Assembly: GCA_009784895.1 (NCBI GenBank)
Contig: WQXJ01000005.1
Span: forward strand, 3,495-67,494
Length of the DNA stretch: 64,000 bases
Direction: 5' to 3'
Source of the DNA: Micrococcales bacterium
Lineage (GTDB): Bacteria; Actinomycetota; Actinomycetes; Actinomycetales; WQXJ01
Positions within the stretch are counted from its first letter, which is position 1. Every line of letters starts with the position of its first letter. Under the pieces are notes generated by a model. That model was not told the origin of the DNA. It made no database searches and was given only the letters and a program-made list of their open reading frames with translations. The position numbers were made by a program, and so were the translations under genes. Below are positions 44,962 to 54,348 of the stretch, piece after piece.

Positions 44962-46977
44962 ATGACTGATTCCGACGCATCGGGCCCGCCTCCCGCTCCT
45001 CGAGTGCCAAGCCCCAGGTTGGGTATTGGCCAGCCTGGGAGCTATGAGCCTGCCCCCGGGGGACCGGACACCGGAGAGCTGGTTGAAGATACCTTCCCGG
45101 CAGCGCCGCCGGTCCAAGATGGTCGCGTTCGGTCAGATCAACCTGATGCAAAGACCATGTCCAGAAGGTCTCAAGCGGCCACCCAACCGGGCTCGGAGCG
45201 GCCGGTGCCACCAGCCGGGCCCCAGGTCCGCAGCTCAAGTCAGCCTCAGCCTTTCCAGCGGCTACGGTTTTCCCGGCCCGACCAGCCAAACCAGAGCCAT
45301 CCGGCGACCCAACCAACCCAAGGGGCCAAGGCTCCTGCGTTGGTTCAGCCGGTCGAGGCCGCGCCGCCGGCTCGTTCAGGCCAGCCCGGCCGACCAGGCG
45401 AATCCACACCAGCGGCTCAGCCGAGCCAGCCAGCGCCTCAGCTGAGCCAGCCAGCGCCCCCCACACCAGCGGCTCCACCACCCGGGCCGGCCCAGCCCGC
45501 GGCGCCAACCCTGCCACCCCGACCGGTTCCGCCGGCTGTGAACTTCTCAGCACCGACTGGGCCATCTGTCACAAGCACCAACCCGCCGTGGCCTGCTGGG
45601 ACATGGCAAGGGCCGGCATCGGCCGGCGAAGCACCTACACCACCACCTGGCCGCCAGGTTCCGGCCCGGCACTCCCTAGGCCCGGGCGGCGGCGCCCGCG
45701 CCGGACAAGGCCCGCCTGCCGGCTGGGTCGTGCCGCCACTGCCGCCCCAGCCCAGGCCTGCCCGGCCCATGGCTCCGCCGCCGCCCCACCCGCCTGGTCC
45801 GCCGGCCCAGGCCGGGACCACCACCCAACCACCTAAGGCTGGCGCCTCACTGTCGACAGTCTGGGTAATTGCCCTGGTCTGTGCGCTTTTTGTGGGGGTC
45901 TGTTCAGCTGGCACAACCTGGTGGCTGGCCCGGTCCAACCCCTCGACAGCCGGGCAAACCAGTGACGGCAGCGACACGCTAAAGGGGCTGACCAGCGGCC
46001 AGAACACCCCGGAGGTGCCGAAAACCGATGGCGGCAACGGCCCGGACTGGGTCACAATTGCGGCCAAAGTCCAGCCCACGGTGGTGGCAATCCAAACAGA
46101 GGTTGATTCCGGCTACGGCGCCCAGGGCTCCGGGGTCATCATCAATTCGCAAAAGGGCTATATCGTCACCAACAACCATGTCGTGGCCGGAGCCCAAAGA
46201 ATCCAGGCGGTCTTGGTCGACGGCCGGATCTTCGCTGCCACCGCCCTGGGCACGGACCCGACCACTGACCTGGCCGTGCTCCAACTGGATAACGTGCCGG
46301 ACGACCTGGCTGAGGCCACATTGGGCGATTCCGATGCCCTGGTAGTGGGGCAAAGCGTCTTGGCGGTGGGCAACCCATTGGGTCTTGATAACACCGTCAC
46401 CCAAGGCATTGTCTCCGCCCTCAACCGGCCGGTCACAACCGAACAAGCTGGTGGCGCAGCCCAAGGTGAGTTGGTCGTGACCAACGCCGTCCAGGTTGAT
46501 GCCGCCATTAACCCGGGTAACTCAGGCGGGCCGCTGTTCGACGCCGACGGCCAGGTCATCGGCATCAACTCGTCAATTGCCACGATGGGTGGCAACGGCG
46601 ACCAGACCGGCTCAATTGGCCTGGCCTTTGCCATCCCGGTCAACCTGGTTAAGGTGATCGCGCCGCAGCTGATCGAATCTGGTGCGGCCATCCACCCTCT
46701 GCTTGGAGTTGAGTCGACCGACGCAGTGGTCGAAGTTGCCGGCCAACACCGAGCCGGCGCTGCCATTGCCAAGGTCCAAAGCGGATCGCCGGCAGCGGCC
46801 TCCGGGATCCAGGCTGGCGACGTTATCTATGCCGTTGACGGCCGGCCAGTCAACGGATCCTTGGCGCTGACCGCCACGATTAGGTCAAGGAGTCCCGGCT
46901 CCGATGTCACCATTTCGCTTGTCCGCGACGGCCAACCGCTTGACATCACCGCCACACTTTCAGCCAAAGACGGCTAG
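44962..46977 (+). CDS. htrA: HtrA/DegP-family trypsin-like serine protease with PDZ domain and long Pro-rich N-terminal region
   Basis: About 296 aa of Pro/Gln/Ala-rich sequence, then a TM segment (VWVIALVCALFVGVCSAGTTWWLA). Catalytic contexts are TNNHVV, DLAVLQL and GNSGGPLF. A C-terminal PDZ domain follows. Confidence 0.85.
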   Translation: MTDSDASGPPPAPRVPSPRLGIGQPGSYEPAPGGPDTGELVEDTFPAAPPVQDGRVRSDQPDAKTMSRRSQAATQPGSERPVPPAGPQVRSSSQPQPFQRLRFSRPDQPNQSHPATQPTQGAKAPALVQPVEAAPPARSGQPGRPGESTPAAQPSQPAPQLSQPAPPTPAAPPPGPAQPAAPTLPPRPVPPAVNFSAPTGPSVTSTNPPWPAGTWQGPASAGEAPTPPPGRQVPARHSLGPGGGARAGQGPPAGWVVPPLPPQPRPARPMAPPPPHPPGPPAQAGTTTQPPKAGASLSTVWVIALVCALFVGVCSAGTTWWLARSNPSTAGQTSDGSDTLKGLTSGQNTPEVPKTDGGNGPDWVTIAAKVQPTVVAIQTEVDSGYGAQGSGVIINSQKGYIVTNNHVVAGAQRIQAVLVDGRIFAATALGTDPTTDLAVLQLDNVPDDLAEATLGDSDALVVGQSVLAVGNPLGLDNTVTQGIVSALNRPVTTEQAGGAAQGELVVTNAVQVDAAINPGNSGGPLFDADGQVIGINSSIATMGGNGDQTGSIGLAFAIPVNLVKVIAPQLIESGAAIHPLLGVESTDAVVEVAGQHRAGAAIAKVQSGSPAAASGIQAGDVIYAVDGRPVNGSLALTATIRSRSPGSDVTISLVRDGQPLDITATLSAKDG

Positions 46978-48323
46978 GAGCTATCAAGCGCCTGGCGCAT
47001 GGGTTGAAGCTTGGCTTCGGTCTCAGCCAGTTCCTCTAGAGGAATCGAGCCGGCCACAATACCGCCGCCAGCCCAGAGTTTGACCTGGTCGCGCTGGGCG
47101 GAAAACTGGCCGCAGCGCAAGGCAATACACCATTCCCCGTCGCCATTGGCACCCATCCAGCCAACTGGGCCGGCGTAGCGTCCACGATCTGCGCCTTCGA
47201 GCCGCTTGATCAGGGCAGCTGCCGCCGGCGCTGGGGTGCCGCAAACTGCGGCCGTCGGATGAAGCACGCCGGCCAACTCGACCGACCAAGGAGCATCGAG
47301 TCCGTGACGGCCGGTCAGGTCACCGACCACGTCCGTGGCCAAATGCATGACGTTGGGTAGGTGCAGCACAGAAGGGGAATCAGGCCAACTGAGCGCTTCG
47401 ACGTAGGGTTCGAGGGCCTCAATCACTGAGGCGACCGCGAAATCGTGTTCTTCGAGGTCCTTTGACGAACGGGCCAAGGCTGCGGCGCGGGCCAGATCAG
47501 CTGTGTCATCACCGGTACGCCGGATTGTGCCAGCCAGGACCCGGCTGGTGATCAGACCGCCCCGGGAGCGCACTAGTAGTTCGGGCGTGGCGCCAACGTG
47601 GCCGTCAACGCTGAAGGTCCAACAGTCCGGATAGCTCCGGGCCAGGTTGTCAATCACCGACTTGATGTCAAGCGGCCGGTTGGCGCTGAGCACCACTTGG
47701 CGGGCCAACACCACTTTCTCAACCTCGCCCCGGCCAATCGCGGCCAGGCCTTGGTCCACCACGGCGGGCCAATTGGCACCCGCCACCGGACCTGGGCTTT
47801 CAGTCACCAGCGGCCAGTTGGCCGATGCCGGTGCCTTGCCTTCGCCTGGAAAGCTCTTCCAGGCCTGGTCCCCGGAGGAGGGCTCCTGGTCGCCTTGAGG
47901 TTGCCAGGCGGACGGCTGCGCCGTGGCCGTTGCAGCCGGATCTGACCGCAGCGCAGAGGCTTGGAGCAGCCAACGCTGGCCGTCTTGTTGAATGATGAGG
48001 TTTTGCGGCACCACCAGGGTAGAGGGCGTGTCGGAGTCATCGGCGAAGCCAAAGGTGCCAAAGCAGACCGGCCCCAAGGTGATGCCTCGCTGGCGATCTG
48101 GGGTTTCGCCATCGGCCAGGGAATTGGCCAAAACCTGGCGCCACCAGGCCTGGGCCTTGGTAAACCGGTCCGGGCCATAGAAATCAGCCCTGGCCGCCAC
48201 GCCCCAACCGATCAGACCCTCCTGGCGGCGCCACCAGACCAAAGGCTCGCCAATTGCGGTCGAAGCGGTCAAGGGTGGGTTGGAGTCAACTTGGCGCAGG
48301 TGGAAACGCAGAGAGACAGCCAT
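46974..48323 (-). CDS. menF: Isochorismate synthase
   Basis: Chorismate-binding motifs GATPELLV, LHPTAAVCGTP, DRGRYAGPVGW and GGGIVAGS. Confidence 0.85.
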   Translation of the reverse strand: MAVSLRFHLRQVDSNPPLTASTAIGEPLVWWRRQEGLIGWGVAARADFYGPDRFTKAQAWWRQVLANSLADGETPDRQRGITLGPVCFGTFGFADDSDTPSTLVVPQNLIIQQDGQRWLLQASALRSDPAATATAQPSAWQPQGDQEPSSGDQAWKSFPGEGKAPASANWPLVTESPGPVAGANWPAVVDQGLAAIGRGEVEKVVLARQVVLSANRPLDIKSVIDNLARSYPDCWTFSVDGHVGATPELLVRSRGGLITSRVLAGTIRRTGDDTADLARAAALARSSKDLEEHDFAVASVIEALEPYVEALSWPDSPSVLHLPNVMHLATDVVGDLTGRHGLDAPWSVELAGVLHPTAAVCGTPAPAAAALIKRLEGADRGRYAGPVGWMGANGDGEWCIALRCGQFSAQRDQVKLWAGGGIVAGSIPLEELAETEAKLQPMRQALDSS

Positions 48324-48482
48324 GGCCCACCAAGCTTAGGCCACGCCAGGGCGGCCACAGTCGAAGAGGTGGTTTGGCCTGTCCCAGGTTCGTCTGGGCG
48401 AGAACGATTTCCGGTTTCGACGACTGGGTGTTTTTTCGGTTTTGTGGAGTCTTGGGGCCTTTGTGGTGTAGAAATCAGGGCT

Positions 48483-49187
48483 GTGACTACTCCCGCCCTT
48501 GACAAGCAGCCCCTGGTCGTCGCTGCCATGTTTGATCAGGTCGCCAAGCACTATGACTTGGCTGACTCCGTTTTGACCTTTGGCTTAGAAAGGTATTGGC
48601 GCCGGGCCGTTTGCCGCTCCCTCAAACCGGGCTTGGCGCGGTCAGTTTTGGACTTGGCGGCCGGCACCGGCACCTCCTCCCTGGCCCTGGCCGATACCGC
48701 CTCAAGGGTGGTGGCCTGCGATTTCTCCCAGGGCATGGTGCGCCAAGGCCAGCGCCGGATTGGACACCCCGGTGTGGCCTTTGTTGGCGGAGACGCTACC
48801 TGTCTGCCTTTCGCGCCTGGGGTTTTTGACGCCGTCACGATCTCCTTTGGATTGCGCAACGTGGTCGACGTGCCCACGGCCTTGGCCGAAATGCGCCGCG
48901 TAGCTGCCCCAGGCGGCCAGCTTCTTGTGCTCGAGTTCTCGAAACCCAAGGCCAGATGGCTGCGTTTGGTCTACCGGATCTACCTGCACCACATCCTGCC
49001 GCTGCTGGCTCGTCTGGTCACATCCAACCCGGCCGCCTACAGCTATCTGGTCGATTCGATTGATAGCTGGTACAGCCAATCCGAGCTGACCAAGGAGATA
49101 GAACAAGCCGGCTGGCAAAACGTGCAACACCGCGACCTGACCGGCGGTGTTGTGGCACTTCACACCGCCTTTGCCCCAACCACCTAA
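48483..49187 (+). CDS. menG: Demethylmenaquinone methyltransferase (UbiE/MenG family)
   Basis: MFDQVAKHYDLADSVLTFGLERYWRR, SAM motif VLDLAAGTGT, and ISFGLRNV. The start is GTG 48483 or ATG 48528. The track start at 47961 is antisense to menF. Confidence 0.85.
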   Translation: MTTPALDKQPLVVAAMFDQVAKHYDLADSVLTFGLERYWRRAVCRSLKPGLARSVLDLAAGTGTSSLALADTASRVVACDFSQGMVRQGQRRIGHPGVAFVGGDATCLPFAPGVFDAVTISFGLRNVVDVPTALAEMRRVAAPGGQLLVLEFSKPKARWLRLVYRIYLHHILPLLARLVTSNPAAYSYLVDSIDSWYSQSELTKEIEQAGWQNVQHRDLTGGVVALHTAFAPTT

Positions 49188-49379
49188 TAAAGTAGCTATC
49201 TCATGTCAAAAATAGACCGGCCTGGACCCAAAATGGTACCCAAATCGATGGGTAAACCCACTGGTCAAGAACGAGTTTGGCCCCAGGCCAGTTAGGATTG
49301 CCAACTTTGCGATCAAGCGGCCCAAGGTTCTGTAGAATCGCCTACGTCTGGTCAACATATCCCATGAGAGGCGTCGAGG

Positions 49380-50666
49380 TTGGTTGCTAAATCTGCCGAA
49401 GACGCCGAGGTCTTGATTGTCGGCGCTGGGCCGGCCGGTTCAACGGCCGCAGCCCATTTGGCTAATGCCGGTGTCAATGCCTTGGTTCTTGAAAAGGCCA
49501 GTTTCCCCAGGCAAAAAGCATGTGGCGACGGTCTGACGCCGCGCGCCGTCAAGGAGCTGGCCACATTGGGCATCTCCACCAAGCCAGAACTGGGCTGGGT
49601 TCGCAACCGCGGGCTGATGGTCTTTGGCGGCGGCCATACCCTAGAACTACCCTGGCCAACGATTGACTCCTTCCCCAACTACGGTCTGTCAATGGCTCGG
49701 GAACGATTCGACCAGCTCCTAATTGACCACGCCCTGGCCAGGGGCGCCACCTTCCGCCAAAACACCACCGTGACCGACGCGGTCCGCCACCCTGGTACCG
49801 GCCGTGTCACAGGTGTCAAAGCCCGCACCGAAAACGGCGAGCGCACCTTCAAGGCCCGCTATGTGGTTGACGCTGGCGGCGTGGCCGGGCGAGTGGCCAA
49901 TGCCGCCGGGCGCAACACCAACCCGTCCAAGCCAATGGGCCTGGGTATCCGGGCCCGGGTCAAGTTGTCCCAGGCCCCCAGCCCGGATCGGCTTGAGTGG
50001 CTCGAATCGCACCTAGAGCTGTGGGAGGGCGAAGGCAAGAACCGCCGGCTAATGCCCGGCTATGGTTGGGTATTCCCCGAGGCCGGCAACATTATCAACG
50101 TTGGCGTGGGAGCGGTTGCTTCTAACGCCAACCGCCGGCAGGGCTCGCAGCGCGAGTTGTTGGACCGCTGGCTACCAGAGGTCAAAGAACGTTGGGGCTT
50201 TGGCGAGAACGACGTGGTTGACCCCCCTCGCGGCGCCGCCCTACCGATGGCTTTCTCCCGCCAGCCGCTCTACAACGGCGGGCTGTTGCTGCTGGGAGAC
50301 GCCGCCGGTTTGGTTTCGCCTTTCGACGGCGAGGGCGTCTCATACGCTATGCAATCAGCCAGGTTGGCGGCTGATGCCATGATCCAAGCGCTGCGCCGGC
50401 CCACCCCGGACAGCGCCGAAAGGGCAATGCGGGATTATCCCGCTCGCCTTAAAGCCGATCTAGGAGGATACTTCTCTCTGGGTCGGGTATTTGTATTCCT
50501 GATCGAACACCCAAGGGTGATGCACTGGTGCACCACCTACGGACTGCCCCGGCCAACGCTTATGCGCTTGGTCATGAAGTTGTTGAGCGACCTGTACGAG
50601 CCTCGCGGTGGTGATTGGATGGACCGTCTAATCGCAACCGCCGCACGGTTGGCACCGGCGCCATGA
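49380..50666 (+). CDS. Geranylgeranyl reductase family flavoprotein (menaquinone reductase MenJ-like)
   Basis: FAD-binding VLIVGAGPAGSTAA...KACGDGLTPR and the GDAAGLVSPFDGEGV motif. TTG start. TAGAAT at 49333-49338 is a possible -10. Confidence 0.75.
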   Translation: MVAKSAEDAEVLIVGAGPAGSTAAAHLANAGVNALVLEKASFPRQKACGDGLTPRAVKELATLGISTKPELGWVRNRGLMVFGGGHTLELPWPTIDSFPNYGLSMARERFDQLLIDHALARGATFRQNTTVTDAVRHPGTGRVTGVKARTENGERTFKARYVVDAGGVAGRVANAAGRNTNPSKPMGLGIRARVKLSQAPSPDRLEWLESHLELWEGEGKNRRLMPGYGWVFPEAGNIINVGVGAVASNANRRQGSQRELLDRWLPEVKERWGFGENDVVDPPRGAALPMAFSRQPLYNGGLLLLGDAAGLVSPFDGEGVSYAMQSARLAADAMIQALRRPTPDSAERAMRDYPARLKADLGGYFSLGRVFVFLIEHPRVMHWCTTYGLPRPTLMRLVMKLLSDLYEPRGGDWMDRLIATAARLAPAP

Positions 50667-50701
50667 GGCTTGGTTTCGAGACCACATGACTGGAGGAGAA
50701 A

Positions 50702-51064
50702 ATGTCTAATCCATATGTGCCCATCCTGGTGTTGGGGGTCTTTGCGGCCCTCTTAGCCATTGGTGGGCTTGGGGCCAGCTGGGTCCTGGGTCCCCATCGC
50801 TACAACCGGGCCAAGATGGACGAATACGAATGCGGTATCGAACCGAGCCCACACCCCCAGTCCGGTGGCCGCTTTCCTGTGCGCTTCTACCTGGTGGCGA
50901 TGAGCTTCATCATCTTTGACATTGAAGTGGTCTTCCTATACCCATGGGCGGCCAACTTCAGGCAACTTGGTCCGTGGTCGGCCATCGCCATGATGGCGTT
51001 CTTGGCCCTGATCACCGTGCCGTTCGTCTATGAGTGGCGGCGCGGCGGACTCGATTGGGACTGA
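50702..51064 (+). CDS. nuoA: NADH-quinone oxidoreductase subunit A
   Basis: A 120-aa three-TM protein with the YECG motif (DEYECGIEP). RBS GGAGGAG lies upstream. Confidence 0.9.
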   Translation: MSNPYVPILVLGVFAALLAIGGLGASWVLGPHRYNRAKMDEYECGIEPSPHPQSGGRFPVRFYLVAMSFIIFDIEVVFLYPWAANFRQLGPWSAIAMMAFLALITVPFVYEWRRGGLDWD

Positions 51065-51078
51065 CTTAGGGAGGAAAC

Positions 51079-51639
51079 GTGGCAGACGGTATAGAGAGCA
51101 AACTGCCTCAAGGTATTGCGCTGACATCCGTTGAGCGGCTGATTGGCCTGCTCAGGGCCGGTTCGACCTGGCCCGTAACTATGGGCTTGGCCTGCTGTTC
51201 GATTGAGATGATGGCGGCCGGCACCGGGCGCTTCGACATCTCCCGCTTCGGCATGGAGGTCTTCAGGGCTTCGCCCCGCCAGGCCGATCTGATGCTGATC
51301 AACGGTCGCATGTCGCACAAGATGGCACCGGTGGTGCGCCAGGTCTACGACCAAATGGCGGACCCGAAATGGGCCATCTCGATGGGCTCATGCGCCAGTT
51401 CGGGCGGCGTCTTCAACAACTACTCAATTGTCCAGGGCGTGGATCACGTCATCCCGGTCGATGTTTACATCCCCGGATGCCCGCCGCGCCCGGAGATGTT
51501 GATCCACGCCATCTTGGAACTGCATGAACAGATCAAGAAGGAGCCTTTGGGCAAGGACCGGATCAAGGTGGCTAGGGCGGTCGAACAGGCCGCGTTGGAG
51601 GCGGTTCCCGCTAGCGAGATGAAGGGGCTGTTGGCATGA
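51079..51639 (+). CDS. nuoB: NADH-quinone oxidoreductase subunit B
   Basis: N2 cluster cysteines in [21 protein letters not shown] and GCPPRPE. Confidence 0.95.
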   Translation: MADGIESKLPQGIALTSVERLIGLLRAGSTWPVTMGLACCSIEMMAAGTGRFDISRFGMEVFRASPRQADLMLINGRMSHKMAPVVRQVYDQMADPKWAISMGSCASSGGVFNNYSIVQGVDHVIPVDVYIPGCPPRPEMLIHAILELHEQIKKEPLGKDRIKVARAVEQAALEAVPASEMKGLLA

Positions 51640-52337
51640 ACGCTGATCTTCCCGCAAGTAGCGGGGCCGAGGCTGTGCCGGCCGAGGTGACCGATATCCG
51701 GCAAGGGGCTTTCGGGGCGCACGATGCCGGCGATACCTCCGGTTTTGGCGGGCTGACCAGAACGGTCCAGTTCCCGCCGCCGGCCAGCCGTCCCTACGGG
51801 GGCTGGTTTGACCGGGTGGTTGACATTTTTGAAGAGGTTTTGGCTGAGCAATCGATCAGCCAGGCCCTTGAGAAAGTCGTAATCGAACGCGACGAGCTGA
51901 CCCTCTTCATTGATCGCCAGCATCTGGAGACTGTGGCGCTGATCCTGCGCGACGACCCGGACCTGCGTTTCGAGCTGTCACTTGGGGTCAGCGGCGTGCA
52001 CTACCCGGGCGACAAAGACCGCGAGTTGCACGCCGTCTACCACCTCATGTCGTTGACCCACGACCAGCGCATTATTCGCCTGGAGGTGACCATGCCGGAT
52101 GCCGACCCGCATGTGCCGTCACTGGTCAGCGTCTATCCGACCCAGGACTGGCACGAGCGCGAGACCTACGACATGTTCGGAATCCGCTTTGACGGCCACC
52201 CGTCGCTGACCCGGATTTTGATGCCGAACGACTGGGTTGGTCACCCTCAACGCAAGGATTACCCCCTAGGTGGGGTTGACGTGCAGTTCAAGGGCGCCAC
52301 GGTACCCCCGGCCGATCAAAGGAGGAACTATTCATGA
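51636..52337 (+). CDS. nuoC: NADH-quinone oxidoreductase subunit C
   Basis: The motif [18 protein letters not shown]. Confidence 0.9.
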   Translation: MNADLPASSGAEAVPAEVTDIRQGAFGAHDAGDTSGFGGLTRTVQFPPPASRPYGGWFDRVVDIFEEVLAEQSISQALEKVVIERDELTLFIDRQHLETVALILRDDPDLRFELSLGVSGVHYPGDKDRELHAVYHLMSLTHDQRIIRLEVTMPDADPHVPSLVSVYPTQDWHERETYDMFGIRFDGHPSLTRILMPNDWVGHPQRKDYPLGGVDVQFKGATVPPADQRRNYS

Positions 52338-53668
52338 CCGGCCAATTTGCCGCGCCGCTGCCTGATGACACCACTGGCGAGGAATACATCGCACTTGGCA
52401 GCGATTGGGATGAGATTGCCCACGAGGTCGCCCGGCGCAAAGAAGAGCGTGTAATTGTCAACATGGGGCCGCAGCACCCGTCGACTCACGGCGTGTTGCG
52501 GGTCATTTTGGAAATGGACGGGGAAACCATCACCGAGACCAGGCTTGGCTTGGGCTTCTTGCATACCGGTATCGAAAAGACGATGGAGTTCCGCACCTGG
52601 GCTCAGGGCGCGGTTCTTTCGACCCGGATGGATTACGTCTGTTCTATTCACAACGAGGCGGCCTACTGCTTCGCGGTGGAGAAACTGGCTGGTCTAGCAG
52701 ACCAGATTCCTGAGCGCGCCCAGATCATTCGGGTGCTGATGATGGAACTGGCCCGCGTGGCCTCCCACCTGGTGGGCCTGGGCTCGTCTGGTAACGAGCT
52801 TGGCGGCACCACTTTGATGACGATCGCTTTCCGCGAGCGCGAAGAAATCTTGCGCTTCTTTGAGATGGTCACCGGCCAGCGACTCAACCCCGGCTATTTC
52901 AGGCCGGGCGGGGTCTCTCAAGACCTGCCAGAAGGCGCCTTGAAGTGGTTGAAGGGCGTTTACCCCTCCATGGTCAACGGTCTCAATGACTGGGACAACA
53001 TGGTCATGACTAACCCGATCTGGAAGGCGCGCATGTGCGACATCGCGCACCTTTCCTTGGCTGGCTGTATGGCCTTGGGCGTAACCGGGCCAATCCTGCG
53101 CGCCACCGGCCACCCGCTTGACTTGCGTAAAGACCAGCCCTATTGCGGCTACGAGAACTATGACTTCGATGTTTGCACGGCCGAGACAGCTGATGCCTAT
53201 GGCCGCTACTTGGTGCGCTCAAACGAAATGCGCGAATCGATGAAGATCGTGGCCCAGTGCATCGACAAGCTCGAGGCCTTGGGTCCAGGACCGGTCCTGA
53301 TTGACGACCCGCAGCTGGGCTGGCCGGCCCGGATGTCGGTTGGCCCGGACGGCCAAGGCCAATCGCCGGAGCATGTCAGCGAAATCATGGCCACCTCGAT
53401 GGAGTCGCTAATCCGGCACTTCAAGCTGGTCACTGAGGGCTTCAGAATCCCGCCTGGCCAATGCTTCAGTGTGATGGAACATGCCAAGGGCGTCTATGGC
53501 GTGCATTTGGTGTCCGATGGCGGCACTCGCCCCTACCGCGCCCACATGCGAGAGCCTTCCTACAACCACCTCCAGACCATGGGGGTGATGTGTGACGGTG
53601 GCACCATCTCGGACGTGATTGTGGCGCTCAGTTCGATCGACCCGGTGATGGGAGGCGTGGACCGATGA
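52334..53668 (+). CDS. nuoD: NADH-quinone oxidoreductase subunit D
   Basis: [14 protein letters not shown]...GFLHTGIEK and the C-terminal DPVMGGVDR. Confidence 0.95.
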   Translation: MTGQFAAPLPDDTTGEEYIALGSDWDEIAHEVARRKEERVIVNMGPQHPSTHGVLRVILEMDGETITETRLGLGFLHTGIEKTMEFRTWAQGAVLSTRMDYVCSIHNEAAYCFAVEKLAGLADQIPERAQIIRVLMMELARVASHLVGLGSSGNELGGTTLMTIAFREREEILRFFEMVTGQRLNPGYFRPGGVSQDLPEGALKWLKGVYPSMVNGLNDWDNMVMTNPIWKARMCDIAHLSLAGCMALGVTGPILRATGHPLDLRKDQPYCGYENYDFDVCTAETADAYGRYLVRSNEMRESMKIVAQCIDKLEALGPGPVLIDDPQLGWPARMSVGPDGQGQSPEHVSEIMATSMESLIRHFKLVTEGFRIPPGQCFSVMEHAKGVYGVHLVSDGGTRPYRAHMREPSYNHLQTMGVMCDGGTISDVIVALSSIDPVMGGVDR

Positions 53669-54348
53669 GCTACTCCGCTGAAATTCAACAGCAGTTGGCC
53701 AAAGACGCAGCCGAAATGGTGGCGCGCTACCCTTCGCCGCGTAGCGCCTTGTTGCCGCTGCTGCACCTGGTCCAATCGGTCGACGGATTTGTCTCACCCG
53801 ACGGGATTGGCTTTTGCGCTGACACCCTGGACCTGACTCAGGCCGAGGTTAGCGCTGTGGCCACTTTCTACAGCCAGTTCAAGCGCAAGCCCAATGGCAA
53901 ATACCACTTGGGTGTCTGCATCACCTCGCTTTGCGCCGTTATGGGTGGTGACGCCATCTTTGACCGGCTGTCGGAATACCTCCAAGTTGGTAACGACCAA
54001 ACCACCGCAGACGGCATGTTCACCTTGGAAAAGGTCGAGTGTAACGCCGCCTGCGACTTTGCTCCGGTGTTGATGGTGAACTGGGAGTTCTTCGACAACC
54101 AGACGCCTGAAAGTGCCGTCAAAGTGGTCGACGAGCTCAAGGCCGGCAAGCCGGTTTGTCCAAGCCGGGGTCCCGATCAGGTTCACAGCTTCAAAGAGAT
54201 CTCACGCGTGTTGGCCGGCTTCGATGACGGCCACGCTGATGAAGGCCCGGCCGCGGTTGGGCCAACGCTGCGCGGCCTGGAGGCGGCCAAGGCCCAAGGC
54301 TGGCAGGGTCTACCGGACGCGCCAGGCGCGAAGGAGGAGGCGAAATGA
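53665..54348 (+). CDS. nuoE: NADH-quinone oxidoreductase subunit E
   Basis: 2Fe-2S thioredoxin-like fold with cysteines in GVCITSLCAVMG and ECNAACDFAP. Confidence 0.9.
   Translation: MSYSAEIQQQLAKDAAEMVARYPSPRSALLPLLHLVQSVDGFVSPDGIGFCADTLDLTQAEVSAVATFYSQFKRKPNGKYHLGVCITSLCAVMGGDAIFDRLSEYLQVGNDQTTADGMFTLEKVECNAACDFAPVLMVNWEFFDNQTPESAVKVVDELKAGKPVCPSRGPDQVHSFKEISRVLAGFDDGHADEGPAAVGPTLRGLEAAKAQGWQGLPDAPGAKEEAK

Noticed and set aside
44396-45565. 389-aa minus-strand ORF spanning the menD end and the htrA start
   Set aside because: It is antisense to two well-supported genes and mirrors the Pro-rich htrA N-terminus as Gly/Ala/Arg-rich sequence. It has no domain signature and no RBS.
47961-48482. 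174-aa N-terminal extension of the menG ORF
   Set aside because: It is antisense to the well-supported menF coding region. UbiE/MenG homology starts only near MFDQVAKHYD (about 48483-48528).
49204-49296. 30-codon ORF MSKIDRPGPKMVPKSMGKPTGQERVWPQAS in the menG-menJ gap
   Set aside because: It has no SD and no recognisable family. Such short ORFs are expected by chance in a 190-bp gap.
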